DNA of 54,409 bases from Octopus bimaculoides (GCF_001194135.2 NC_068991.1:13941524-13995932); one strand, 5' to 3'; shown: positions 39,267-53,019, numbered from the stretch's first letter. Numbers and translations: made by a program. The notes: generated from the letters alone by a model not told the origin.

Positions 39267-40170
39267 GTACGTATATACATATATATATATTCACACTTAC
39301 ATAAATACATACATATACACACGTACATACATACATACACACACACATACACACATATGTATAAATTACACGCTAGTTTTCATGAACAATTCTCTGATAC
39401 ATATGTTTATGATGATTTATCTTAAAGTCAAAACAATTTAAGTTATAAATAAGAACGATTAATAAAAGTCGATGGTTAGTACTACAGAGCAGAGAAGTCT
39501 TCGCTGTAGATTTCCTGAAGAAGAGTTCATAACCTCGAAATATTGAAATACCGGGTAAAAATCTTAACCTTTGACCTCTATTATTAATATTTTATAACGT
39601 GCAATGTTTTGGCTACAAAAACAAAAAGAAAGAAAAATAAAGATATTTATGTGCATATGTTATGTATGTATGTATTGTAATCTATCTATCTGTCTATATA
39701 TCTATCTATCTATTTATCATANNNNNNNNNNNNNNNNNNNNNNNNNNNNNNNNNNNNNNNNNNNNNNNNNNNNNNNNNNNNNNNNNNNNNNNNNNNNNNN
39801 NNNNNNNNNNNNNNNNNNNNNNNNNNNNNNNNNNNNNNNNNNNNNNNNNNNNNNNNNNNNNNNNNNNNNNNNNNNNNNNNNNNNNNNNNNNNNNNNNNNN
39901 NNNNNNNNNNNNNNNNNNNNNNNNNNNNNNATATAAAGGGAGAGAGAGAAAGAGTGAGAGAGAGAGGTGTATATACACTAGCTGAATCGTAGACGTATCT
40001 TAGAAAGCTGGAAGGTGTATGTCATCGTAGTGGAATTAAAATTGAAGCTATAACCATAATCAAGCATAATTGATTAGTAGAATGAGATTGCCGAATTGCA
40101 AGTAGGCCTCCTCGAGCCACAAGGAATAGCGAAACAGTGTTTACTTTTAAATATATTGAAGAGAGTTATT

Positions 40171-40480
40171 TCACGAAGGAGCGAATTTCAATATACTCGT
40201 AAATGTATACAGAAGGGGCAGGAGAAGATGGTTGCCACGGGGTACTTCTAGGAAAGGACGTAAACTTGCCTGCGGCTTATCGTGATTATTAATATAAATG
40301 GGAAATGCGTAAATCACTGTGAATTCTTGCTGTGTCTCTGGGTAGTAATGGTTATAATTGTTAATACTATTTTCAAATTCTGCTGTTGGGGGTAAATATA
40401 TAAAGACTAAATGATTGTATTTAAACTGGGTGACTAAAAGGGATACAGATTTACTAAACGTTGTAAATATCGTTATCATT
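40171..40480 (-). mobile_element. Decayed CR1/L2-like LINE endonuclease remnant
   Basis: The track ORF contains LVFIYLPPTAEF (cf. IYRPP), FTVIYAFPIYINNHD (cf. IIxGDFNIHxNN) and RGNHLLL (cf. xGNTLDL). The catalytic GDFN is not preserved. Confidence 0.4.
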
Positions 40481-40644
40481 AGATAATAATTGGTATCTAA
40501 CTATCAGTGTGCTTACAATTATATATGATAAAGGTTATTTTTGATACTTTAAGCGGGAAGAAGCATTCATGCTCAGCAACTGCAATCCAAATGTTAGGGA
40601 GAAATGTAAGATGTTAAATAATTCCAGCAATGAAAAGGTGTGAT

Positions 40645-41290
40645 AAGTCTGTCTACCATAAGCACAAGGGCTGAGATTTGACAGAAGAGGGCTGGTCGAT
40701 TGCATTGATCCCATTACCTGACCGGTATTTATTTTATTGATCCCAAAAAGCATGAAAAGCAAAGCCAGCCACGTTGGAATTTGAACTCAGAACGTAAAGA
40801 CGGACGAAATGCTGCTAAGCATTTTGCCCGACTTTCTAACGATCCTAAGGTGTAATAATCCTTTCTACTAAAGGCACAAGGCCTGAAATTTTGGGGAGGG
40901 AGACAGTCGATCCCATCGACTCCAGTGCATAGCTGGTACTTATTTCTTCGATCCCGAAAAAGATCAAAGGCAACGTCGACTTCGGCGGAAGATGAGCTCA
41001 GAACCTAAAGATGGATGAAATGCCGTTAAGCATCTTCTCCGATGTATTAACGATTCTTATTTCTTTATTGCCCACAAGGGGCTAAGCGCAGAGGGGACAA
41101 ACAAGGACAGACAAAGGGATTAAGTCGATGACATCGACCCCAGTGCGTAACTGGTACTTAATTTATCGACCCCGAAAGGATGAAAGGCAAAGTCGACCTC
41201 GGCGGAATTTGAACTCAGAACGTCAAGACGGACAAAATACCGCTCAGCATTTCGCCCGGCGTGCTAACGTTTCTGGCAGCTTGCCGCCTT
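40645..41290 (-). mobile_element. Three SINE-A copies head to tail; the last (41058-41290) is full length
   Basis: Three repeats of the core ...aaaggcaaagtcgac...gaactcagaac... The full copy ends with the head gcttgccgcctt on the plus strand. Confidence 0.93.
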
Positions 41291-41469
41291 GGATAAGGTG
41301 CAATAATAAATTTAAATCGTGATGAGAAACTATATATATACATTACAATATGCCACAACATTAAATAACTAAAGGAACATTTCAAACATTTTAAAATGCA
41401 GCTAGTATAACGATACTAGGAGTTGACAGTTAAATTCTAGTTGCTGGTCACAAATTAATATTATTTAAT

Positions 41470-41730
41470 ATTCTCTCAAGCCCTATTTCTCTATGGCTGT
41501 AGATTCACTTGACCACATAAAAAGACAAAATCTCAGAGAAAGTCATTTAGATAGTGGTAAATGTCCAGAAAAATAGGTGGGGGTGGGGGTGACATAAACT
41601 CTTCTATTATTATCAGTTAAAGCAGCCTACTGTGGAAAATATAGGACGCTACAATGAGATCTAGATGGGCATTAGGAGTACTGAAGGAACAAAAATTGAT
41701 ATAATCAAAGTAAAGCAAAATCTATGTACT
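41470..41730 (+). mobile_element. Highly decayed CR1/L2-like RT fragment
   Basis: TLLLLSVKAAYCGKYRTLQ*DLDGH*EY*RNKN*YNQSKAKSM resembles DDTxLYxSIxxxxDCxxLQxDLDxLxEWxxxxxxxFNxSKCKxM. Weak match. Confidence 0.3.
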
Positions 41731-42207
41731 ATTATATTTAGTATGATAAAATTTTTAAATTTAGGAAGGGATATAAGGATGATCAGATAATAAGGGTAAA
41801 TAGACTAATTTAAGCAGTACACAGGAAGAGTACATATATATAAAGAAAAACTTCGTAATAATTCTTCCTAGTAGAACATACAGGTGGTCAAGATAAAACC
41901 ATTCAAACAATGAGCCTAACTTACATTCAGAATATAACAGGGAAGGAGATATACATTACCTAGTGATTGAAAACAAAGGATCAAAGACAAAGAAAATAAG
42001 ATAAACGGTTGTATAACAGATAAGCTTATTTAGAAATATCAGTATATAAATTTTTTTAACGATTATGAAAAGTCTTAAAGGATGTAATGATATAAAGAGA
42101 TATAACAGTATAAAAATATGGCATACACATATATACGAACAAGAAAAAATATATATATATATATATACACATGTGTATATAAAGATTCAACTGAATCTTA
42201 ATTATTT

Positions 42208-42238
<31 letters not shown>

Positions 42239-42345
42239 NNNNNNNNNNNNNNNNNNNNNNNNNNNNNNNNNNNNNNNNNNNNNNNNNNNNNNNNNNNNNN
42301 NNNNNNNNNNNNNNNNNNNNNNNNNNNNNNNNNNNNNNNNNNNNN

Positions 42346-42545
42346 TAGGTGCATATCTGGGTACAGGACATTGCAAACAAATGTAGACGAGAACACACGA
42401 GCCACATAGAGAACATCTCCTTCATCAGCCACCCACGTTTTAACACCGGCGTTTCGACGAGCTTGGGCAGGACGCATCGCTAAAACGGCTCGTCCCATGG
42501 ATCGCAGATTAAATTTGTATACGCAAATTAAATCTCGCCATGGAG
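42346..42545 (-). mobile_element. Probable PLE-type terminal-repeat fragment with hammerhead half-motifs
   Basis: Minus strand: GACGAGC..GCTCGTC-GAAAC-GCCGGT-GTT, then CTGATGA-A-GGAGA-tgt-TCTCT. Identity inferred. Confidence 0.35.
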
Positions 42546-42659
42546 GAATGTAGTGGCGGACAGAAAACAAGACAGGAAAACAAACAGAAAAGGCTTTACG
42601 GCCAGACGAGAAAAATTATGTGTGTAAGAACGCGATGAGGCACGGACCCGAGAGAGACA

Positions 42660-42775
42660 AAGTGGTGCGTGCGTTGCTTGGCGAAAGCCACCGAACCACG
42701 TGGTCCCGGGTTGATTCCCACTACGTAGAACCTTGGGCAAATGTAGTCTACTATGAGGTAAATGTGAACTGCCTT
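42660..42775 (+). mobile_element. SINE family B head, degenerate
   Basis: accacgtggtcccgggttgattcccactacgtagaaccttgggcaaatgtagtctactat resembles 35675-35738. Confidence 0.6.
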
Positions 42776-43695
42776 CTAGCTGTCTACTGTCTTAGAACGA
42801 CGAGATGAGCGATAAAACTATTCAAGGCCAGTGTTAGGATATGTAAGGAAAGGTGTATGATTTAGATGTGCTTTTCAGTTTAGGTAACTGAAAACAGAAA
42901 GCAGTTGTTTTGTGGAGATAAGTGTTGGTACTTGGAAAGTAGTGCGTAAGAGCTGTTAAGAATTATTCAGGGTAAGAATAAGAATTAGTCACGATAATAA
43001 GGTAGTTCTAGAGAATCAAATACGGTGCTAGTAGAAGATACTTTATTGGTGGAGATCGGAGTATATTCTAGAGAGTAGGGAGATGTTTTACAACGAAAAT
43101 TTAGTGGATATATGGAGGAAGGGAAATAAGTAAAGAAAATAAGAAGAAAAATGTACAGCATATCACTGGTGCACAGGGATGGAAAAATTAAATCTAGATG
43201 ATACCAAATAAGAAAGAAAATAAGGACGTTATAACTACCAAGTACAAATGAACACACAAACATACACACACACATGTACACACACATATATGTAAACGCA
43301 CATATACATATACATATAAGATCAAGTTTTGTATAGATTTATAGTATTATATCTAAATGAGAGTGTTTTTAGATATACATATTTTTATACAAAACACTTA
43401 AAGCACTTCAAATATTAACAGAAATTATAGTAGATATGTAAGCAGAACTAGCAGAGGTTAAAAACGTTTTAGAAATTCCTGAGAATATATATATAAAATA
43501 GCCGTGTTTGGATTTAACTATAACTGTATATCGAGTGCTCAGTGCGCTAAAAATTTTGAAATGCGCGATGTTGACAAGAAGGCCATTTCATGACATCGGC
43601 TAAACTTTCATAGCTTTTCAGCTGAGTAGATTTAGCATACTTTCTCAATACAATTAAAGATTCGCACGAAGGAGACAACCTTTCATATAAGATTA

Positions 43696-43870
43696 TCTAT
43701 ATATATAAAACAAAGGATGTGTGTATGTGTGTGTGTGCATGTAGTACCTATGCATTTCTAAAGTTCCCAACAGATTTTCCCAAAACATAATTCACGCATT
43801 ACTTATGTCCCAAGAATGGTCATGCACTATAACATTTTGCGCAGAGCTCCCACCTAAAGGGAGAAACTAG
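43696..43870 (+). mobile_element. Probable non-autonomous Helitron-type element, 5' end
   Basis: A|TCTATATATATAAAA start followed by a (GT)-rich tract, typical of non-autonomous Helitrons. The 3' CTAG end was not located. Confidence 0.45.
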
Positions 43871-44047
43871 GATAAAGGGTGTTTTACACAATTTTTCTCT
43901 AAAACCTGCAGTATTCAAACGATTCTCTCCCTTTTACTTTTGCAATTTCCAACATCACCAACGTCACCTTCAACTTTCATCCCTTCGGCCTCAATAAAAT
44001 ACCGTACCAGTCAATGTAATCGACTGCACCCTCCCCTCAGAACTGTG

Positions 44048-44285
44048 GAGGCGCGTTGATTGGTGGTTAGGGTGTTGGACTCATAATCGTAAGATTGTGG
44101 TTTCGATTCCTGGACCGGCGACGCATTGTGCTCATGAGCAAAACACTTCATTTCACATTACTCCAGTCCACTCAGCTGGCAAAAATGAGTAAACCTGTGA
44201 CGGACCGGTGTCCCGTCCAGGTGGGGAATTTATACGCCATAGAAACCGGGAAACCGGCTCTTATGAGTTGGCATAACTCGCGAAG
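44048..44285 (+). mobile_element. SINE family C, full length
   Basis: tggtggttagggtgttggactc...B-box GGTTTCGATTCC and CORE-like gagcaaaacacttcatttcac..ctccagtccactcagctgg. Confidence 0.85.
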
Positions 44286-44659
44286 TATTTTTTCCTTCTC
44301 AAAATTACTCGCTTTAGATCCTACAACACACCGTTCAGGAGAATGTTGTGGTCTGAGCTATTTATAAGCCATGGAAATCAGATAACCACTCTTATGTATC
44401 TTAGGGCTAGTGAAAAGAGCAAATTAATTGACTAGTCGGTTAATCGATAATTAATTAGAAGTGAACTGCAAGCGGTGTGTGCATCTTTTTGGCATCGATG
44501 ACGATCCGAGAGTACAACAATAATTGAGTTAACACAGATCAAAAATCTTGCAACCGAATACGAAAATGAAACGTATTAAAATTATTTTTAACAAATATTT
44601 ATCGCAAGATTTTTGACTGACATAAATGTCTGTTCCACGAATAAATAATCCGGTACTCC

Positions 44660-46404
<1,745 letters not shown>

Positions 46405-47199
46405 AATATATATATTTATATACTCACACACATATATACATATATATATACTACACACATACACGCATACACGCTCTCTCCCTCTTTCCTCTTTCTTTAT
46501 CTTTCTCATTCTCAATCTCTTTCGGTTACTCTTTCGCTTTCTCTCAACGTTCGAATCCCGCAGGCGATGTAACCACTTTTCCCCTCTTCAATTATATTAG
46601 CTATATCACCCAGCACACCGTTTACTTCTCCATTAGCTAACACAATACAATTTATTCGTTTAATCTCTGTCTCTGCCTCCGTCTGTTTGTCTCTATATCT
46701 GTCTAACTATCTTCTCGTCTTTCTCTCTATGTTTCTATCCTCCTGTTTGTCTATCTCACTCTCCTTACACCAGAAAAATACGTGTTGCTTTTGTCTTAAC
46801 ATAGAAACACGGAAGATTACAAATAACATTCACATTCGCCATCACTACAGCCATATCCGTAGGCAACACACATATAAACGTACACTCAAACACACACACT
46901 CACACACATATATGCACACCGCTACATGCACAGCATATGTGCCAATATGTGTGTCTGTATGTGTGTGTGTTTGTGTGTGATTGGTGTAGTGGAGTTATGT
47001 TGTCAGTATAATCAGCGTTGTTGCTTGTATTGTGTCTTTCTATATCGCGTAAAGTAGCGGTTCGACAAAATGACACCGATAAAATCAAAACTTGACTACG
47101 ATACGTACGGGACTCACTATGATGGACTGAACAAATTCTACGACTACTCATATTCTCAATTAAGAATCTGTCTTTCTATACTATTTACTTCGATTTCCC

Positions 47200-47303
47200 C
47201 GAGACCGATAGAATAAGTGCTAAGCTTACATTTGCTCGACTATAAAGGCGGTGCTCCAGCATGGCCGCAGTCAAATGACTGAAACAAGTAAAAGAGTAAA
47301 AGT
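47200..47303 (+). mobile_element. SINE family B 3' fragment
   Basis: gagaccgatagaataagt...aaaggcggtgctccagcatggccgcagtcaaatgactgaaacaagtaaaagag is near-identical to the ends of the 31564 and 35638 copies. Confidence 0.9.
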
Positions 47304-47602
47304 ATATATATATATGTAAACATACACATAGGTATAGAAAGATAGAGGTAGATACACAAGCAGACAGATAAATTAGAGAAAGAAAGAAAGAACGAGAGAT
47401 AGAAAGAGATTGAGACTATAATAATAAATGAAGGTATTTGCTGTTCCAAGAAATATAAGCATTCTCACCATTACGGAAGTGTTACGATTCTTAGAATCAG
47501 GCTGAAAGTAGAGTTTCATGACCTGGAGTGTATTTTCCATTGACTTTAGATGGTCATTGACTTAAGTGGAGTCAAGGGAAAGATATTCTTCGCGTTACAT
47601 TA

Positions 47603-47650
47603 TTCAAGAATGCAAGCTTCAAGAATGCTTCAAGAATGCTTCAAGAATGC
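47603..47650. repeat. 11-bp tandem repeat TTCAAGAATGC x4
   Basis: Directly visible, with one 4-nt interruption (aagc). Confidence 0.9.
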
Positions 47651-48049
47651 AAGGCTTCTGTAGCGTTGGTGTGCGCCTGTACTGTTTGGAATTCGTATTA
47701 AAAAAGAAAAAAATATAGCAATTACAAACTTTGGTTTATATTACATAAATATCAGAAATGGAGACCATAAAGTTTGGAAATGTCTTCGATGAAATGTATC
47801 CACCACAAAAATAAAAAAAAAAAGAATTTATGTATCTACAGCGAAAAGAGCTATCCAGTTGTACCATGTTGTCAGCGTCGTCTCTTCTGAGCCCTCATAC
47901 AAGTTGTTCTTTGTCAGTTAGTACGAACATTGATGATGTGTGTATATGAAGTTGCGTTCATGCTTGAAACTTTTGTGTATTCATGCTGCTGGCTGCAATC
48001 TAATCTAATTTCCTGAGAGCTATGTTCCCTGAAGAAACAATTCTTTTCT

Positions 48050-48300
48050 TATTTCTTCGAAGTATCGGTACTTTTATTTTGGAACCTCAAAATAGTCAGC
48101 AGTACTCGGAGTCGCTTCATAGCGTTTACTCTATCGGTCTCTTATGCTGAAACGCTCAGTTGCGGTAACGTAAATAAACCAACACCAACTGACAGGTAGT
48201 GTTGGGGAGAGACAAAACAGAAGCGCAGGCATTTATGCCTATATAGACGACAGGTTCCCACTGAGTTTTCATTTACCCAAGGCGTTGTTCGGCAACATCA
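48050..48300 (-). mobile_element. SINE family B, old degenerate copy
   Basis: tctatcggtctctt..gctgaaacgct.agtt.cgg..acgtaaataaacc and atagacgacagg match the reverse complement of family B. Confidence 0.55.
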
Positions 48301-48328
48301 GAACCTACAGCTAAGATACAAGTGACAG

Positions 48329-48805
48329 TGCGAAAGAGCATTATTTGCACACAAAATTTATACATCAGCAGCAGCAACTTGTAATCCGAAAACGTAGCCA
48401 TAAATACAAATCAGTTGACACTATTGTCGCTCAGAAGCAACTAGTTCGCTCTCCTACTGAAATTTAAAACGCTTTCGTCAATTAAGAATAAAATATATTC
48501 CCAATAATCCGGGAGCGTAATTTAGATCGGATCCTGTTTGGCAATGGCATAAGACTATTAGCTTTGGAGCTTATGACACGTATCATCAAGAATCCTATTC
48601 TCACTGGTGTGGTATTACCAAATGAGAAGCTGCAACTATGCTTAGAATTTAGTCTATGCTAAACGAAGTATTTTTCAATTTAAAAAAATGCTTTCAATTT
48701 CTGACTCACTTAAGATTTACAATGTAAATCAAAAACTAGCAAAGTCATTGTTATTTTCAAAACTTCGACTTGCGTAATTATACTTTACATTAATGTAAGA
48801 TGTGC
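48329..48805 (+). mobile_element. Decayed Helitron Rep/Helicase PIF1-like helicase C-terminal fragment
   Basis: CERALFAHK (cf. ERAILAPKN), YKSVDTIVAQKQLVRSPTEI* (cf. YKSxDTVxxxxxxVNYPTEFLN), PIIRERNLDRILFGNGIRLL (cf. PIxLLRNLxPPxLCNGTRL), ILTG, FQFKKM...NVNQKLAKSL (cf. FQFKRxQFP..TINKSQGQSL) and *LYFTL (cf. QLYVAL), in order. Confidence 0.75.
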
Positions 48806-48981
48806 TTGAAACAAATGCCTCATTATCAATTCATTTTCTATTCTTGATGTTAAACCAAACAAACTGTGGGGCCCAAAGGTGCTGACAGCAGGAGTGTCAA
48901 GAAATTCCAACGCTATGAGTGATATAGATCTAATATCATATCTCGTGAAGGTCATTACAACGAATATCTATCTGTATGCCG

Positions 48982-49061
<80 letters not shown>

Positions 49062-49109
49062 TTGTGTATATATATATATATATATATATATTCTTTTATT
49101 TTTTTATGG

Positions 49110-49300
49110 TTCATTTTTATTCGTTTATTTGGTTGTTGGAGCATCGCCCTTATTCGAACAAATTGACCTCAGGACTTATTCTTTGTAAGCCTACTATTTA
49201 TTCTATCGATCTCTTTTGTGGATCTGTTAAGTGACGGGGACGTAAATACACCAACATCGGTTGTCAAGCGATGGTGGGGGACAAGCACAGACACACAAAT
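49110..49300 (-). mobile_element. SINE family B 3' half, running into an N-gap
   Basis: ggagcatcgcc...aggacttattctttgtaagcctact...ggggacgtaaatacaccaacatcggttgtcaagcgatggtgggg. Confidence 0.85.
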
Positions 49301-49537
49301 ATATATTTGTATATATATATATATATATATATNNNNNNNNNNNNNNNNNNNNNNNNNNNNNNNNNNNNNNNNNNNNNNNNNNNNNNNNNNNNNNNNNNNN
49401 NNNNNNNNNNNNNNNNNNNNNNNNNNNNNNNNNNNNNNNNNNNNNNNNNNNNNNNNNNNNNNNNNNNNNNNNNNNNNNNNNNNNNNNNNNNNNNNNNNNN
49501 NNNNNNNNNNNNNNNNNNNNNNNNNNNNNNTATATAT

Positions 49538-49604
<67 letters not shown>

Positions 49605-49942
49605 TATTCTCCTGTATGTATTGCTCTGAGACAGTTCTTAGATTTGGCTGTGTGGCTTTCTTCTCCACACTCCGGTTTCGACGCGATTAAAAAAAACGAA
49701 AAAAAAAAAAAAGAATTAGTGTAATTCATTGGCTAGTTTACTCCGCAAGACCCTACGGTTTTTATCCACTTTTCAAATTATCTTTAAAATTAGATAAATA
49801 TAAGTACGAAAGTAAAATTATGTTTATGTAATACTTTCAAAGGAAATAAACTGTTCTACTTTCATTTAATCACGTGATCTTATTTAATATTCTTCAATTA
49901 GTCGCGTCATTTAATCAAACAAATACGAAATATATTGTTCAT

Positions 49943-50207
49943 ATTAGTATCAATTTTGGCACAAGGCCAGCAAATTCGAGGGGGAGTTTAAGTTGATTAT
50001 ATCGATCCCAGTGCTCAACTAGTAGTCATGTTATCGGTTCCGAAAGGATGAATGACACGTCGACCACGGTGACCACGGCGGAAGACACGGCGACCACGGC
50101 GGAAGACACGGCGACCACGGCGGAAGTTGAAGACATAACGTGGAGATGGACGAAATACCGCTAAGCACGTTTCCAGATGTGATAACGATCTACCAGCTTG
50201 CCGCCTT
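49943..50207 (-). mobile_element. SINE family A, full length, with an internal 21-bp tandem expansion
   Basis: Tail type 2 and head ccagcttgccgcctt. gaccacggcggaagacacggc at 50071 and 50092, partial at 50113. Confidence 0.85.
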
Positions 50208-50700
50208 AAATATACTGTTCATAATGAACACGCATTTGTAACAGAGAATAAGACAGATGGTGGCTATAAATGAAGAGCAAAACAATATATTTTCATCAAT
50301 GACTGATAGCATTTAAAGAGAAATCCTATAGTGTGTTATTCAAACTAATATACCATCATTACGAGCAATTGAAGGCTGGATAGGTCTAGTTATCAACCTG
50401 AACTGTGCCAGGTATTCTGCTAGTGTTAATTTAGAAATGTATGCAATAATATAAAGGCGTGTATATGTGTGTATACGAGTTTGTATTCGTTTTGTATTGA
50501 GTCTTTTTGTATGACTGTATGTACGTATGTATATCCTGCGGGCTTCAGCACACTTCTCATCTATTGAATTACACTGATAAAAATTTGATCAGCCGGAGGC
50601 TAGAGCAGAAAAGTCTTATCCAGCGTGCCTCTTGGTGAGATTACGTGATTGCAAAGGAAGTTTACAGCCAGATGGCATTGACTGCGCATACATACATACA

Positions 50701-50734
<34 letters not shown>

Positions 50735-51541
50735 CATACATACAAATATACATACATACATACATACATACATACATACATAAACATACATACACAATTA
50801 AATACATAAACACATAATATTATACATATAGATGTATAGTGACATATTAAGTAATCGTACTTTATATATCAGGTTATTAAGAATGAAATGTCCGATTTTC
50901 TTATGCACCATGTTTGACAGTCGTTAACTCTAATGTTTCATCCTGACAGTTCTTTGTTTTACAACATTAAAGAGTTACATCATCATTTTTCGAAATGCAA
51001 TTGATGGTGTCTGATTATATTGTGAATTTTCTCTTGTATATTAATCTGGAGTTTTTGGTAGCATTTTGGAGATAGGTCGTTTTGGCCCTTGATCCCTTTA
51101 TATAATTATATACATATGTATATAATTATTAAGCTAATGTATAAATTACCTATAAATATTTTATAGCATACTGACTACCTGATAAAATGATTAATGTGAT
51201 TTTATCCTTTATATTCTATGATATATATATATATATATATGTATATGTATACATACATGTACACACATACACGTAAATATATATACATACATATATACGT
51301 ACATGCGAACATATATACATACATACGTATGTATGTATGTAAGTATAAATGTATGGATGGCTGGATGGATGGATGGCATCTCTCTTGATGTCGAGTACTT
51401 AATGCCTTTGAATGTATCTATATTCTGAGATAGTTGTGTATACAGTAAATAGTTGTCTGAGGACTCATATCTTTCCCCAGGTGTATAAATTAGTGTTAAC
51501 GTTCTATTAAATCCACACACACATACACACCAACACTAACG

Positions 51542-51584
<43 letters not shown>

Positions 51585-51851
51585 ATATATATATATACAT
51601 ATATACATATATATACATTTATATAAACATACATATATATTCCCGATTCCACCATTACATTTTATTTCCTTCACACAAAGTTCTAATTAATTTTGGATTA
51701 TTCATTTCGCACGTTCTGCAAAAAATACCTCGTTGAATTTTTTTTATATTTCACATTAGTTAAAATATGTACTCTAAGACACATGCGTATCTTATTATAC
51801 ACAAACATACACGCATACGCACACACATATAAACATATAAACACACACACA

Positions 51852-51920
<69 letters not shown>

Positions 51921-52072
51921 ATATATATGTATATATGTATATATGTATATATATATATTTATATATATGCATATATACATTTAGATGAATATGCATGTGT
52001 TTTTGCGTTTATGTGTGTTTGTGTGTTGCGTGAGCGTGTGTGTTTGCGTGTGTTTTCTAGCATGCAGGGATA

Positions 52073-52291
52073 CTAGTTTCAAATTTTGGTACAAATCCAG
52101 TAGGTTTCGGGGAGGGGCTATGTCGAGTAATTCGACCCCAGTGCTCTAGTGGTACTCATTTTATCGACCCAGAAATGACGAAAAGCAAACCAACTTGACG
52201 TTAGCGGAGTTTGAAATCAGAACGTAAAGACGGACGAAATGCCGCTAAACATTTTTTCCGGAGGGCTAACGATTCTGCCAGCTCACCGCCT
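52073..52291 (-). mobile_element. SINE family A, full length (tail type 2)
   Basis: gtttcaaattttggtacaa...ttttatcgaccc...cagaacgtaaagacggacgaaatgccgct...ctgccagctcaccgcct. Confidence 0.9.
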
Positions 52292-53019
52292 GTGTGTACC
52301 TGGGTAGTGAGGACTCAAGATCGAACTCAATTTGTGTGTTGTATAACAGTTTTATGGTGGATATCGCAAAATATAGTTTCACATTAACATCAACTATAAG
52401 AATTCTTGGAGATTTCTGCCTTTGCTGACACTAAAAAACACCTTCAAACATTAAACGGCTCAGTAGTCACAGTGTGTGTGTGTGTGTGTGTGTGTCTGTG
52501 TATGTGTGTCTGTGTGTGTGTGTGTTTGTGTGTGAGTGTCTGTGTCTGTGTGCGACTGTGTGTCTGTGTGTCCGTGTTTATGCGTGTATATGCATGTATG
52601 TGAATGTGACCGTCTCTATTTTAGAATGACATCAGTGGTTTTGTTCCTTGAGTTATGTCCCTTGATGTCCCGCACCATAGCCTTTCGATAAATAAAGTTC
52701 GATAAAATAAATGCCATATCGAAATAGGTCCTACGGTGTCGGTGCCACAACACGACCGAAATCGAATGACGAAAAATCAGTATAGTAGTAAATTACGTGG
52801 CAATTCTTAGACCTTGTTTTTTTGTGTATGCAGTATTCATCTCATTAATCACCATTGCTATTTGAAGTTATTCCTTGAGAAACAATGTACTGGGGGCGGA
52901 GGGGGACGAATGTTTCGGATCGACGCTGTCATCACCTTTGATGGGTTGCCATAAGCAATATGCGATCCATCTTATTGACGGCCGGTGTCATTTGAAGGTA
53001 TTCAAACAGTTACATTTTC

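Noticed and set aside
46545-46565. Isolated B-box-like GTTCGAATCCC (also gagttcaatcccc at 3780)
   Set aside because: No properly spaced A-box or tRNA structure; the 3780 match lies inside the PLE remnant.
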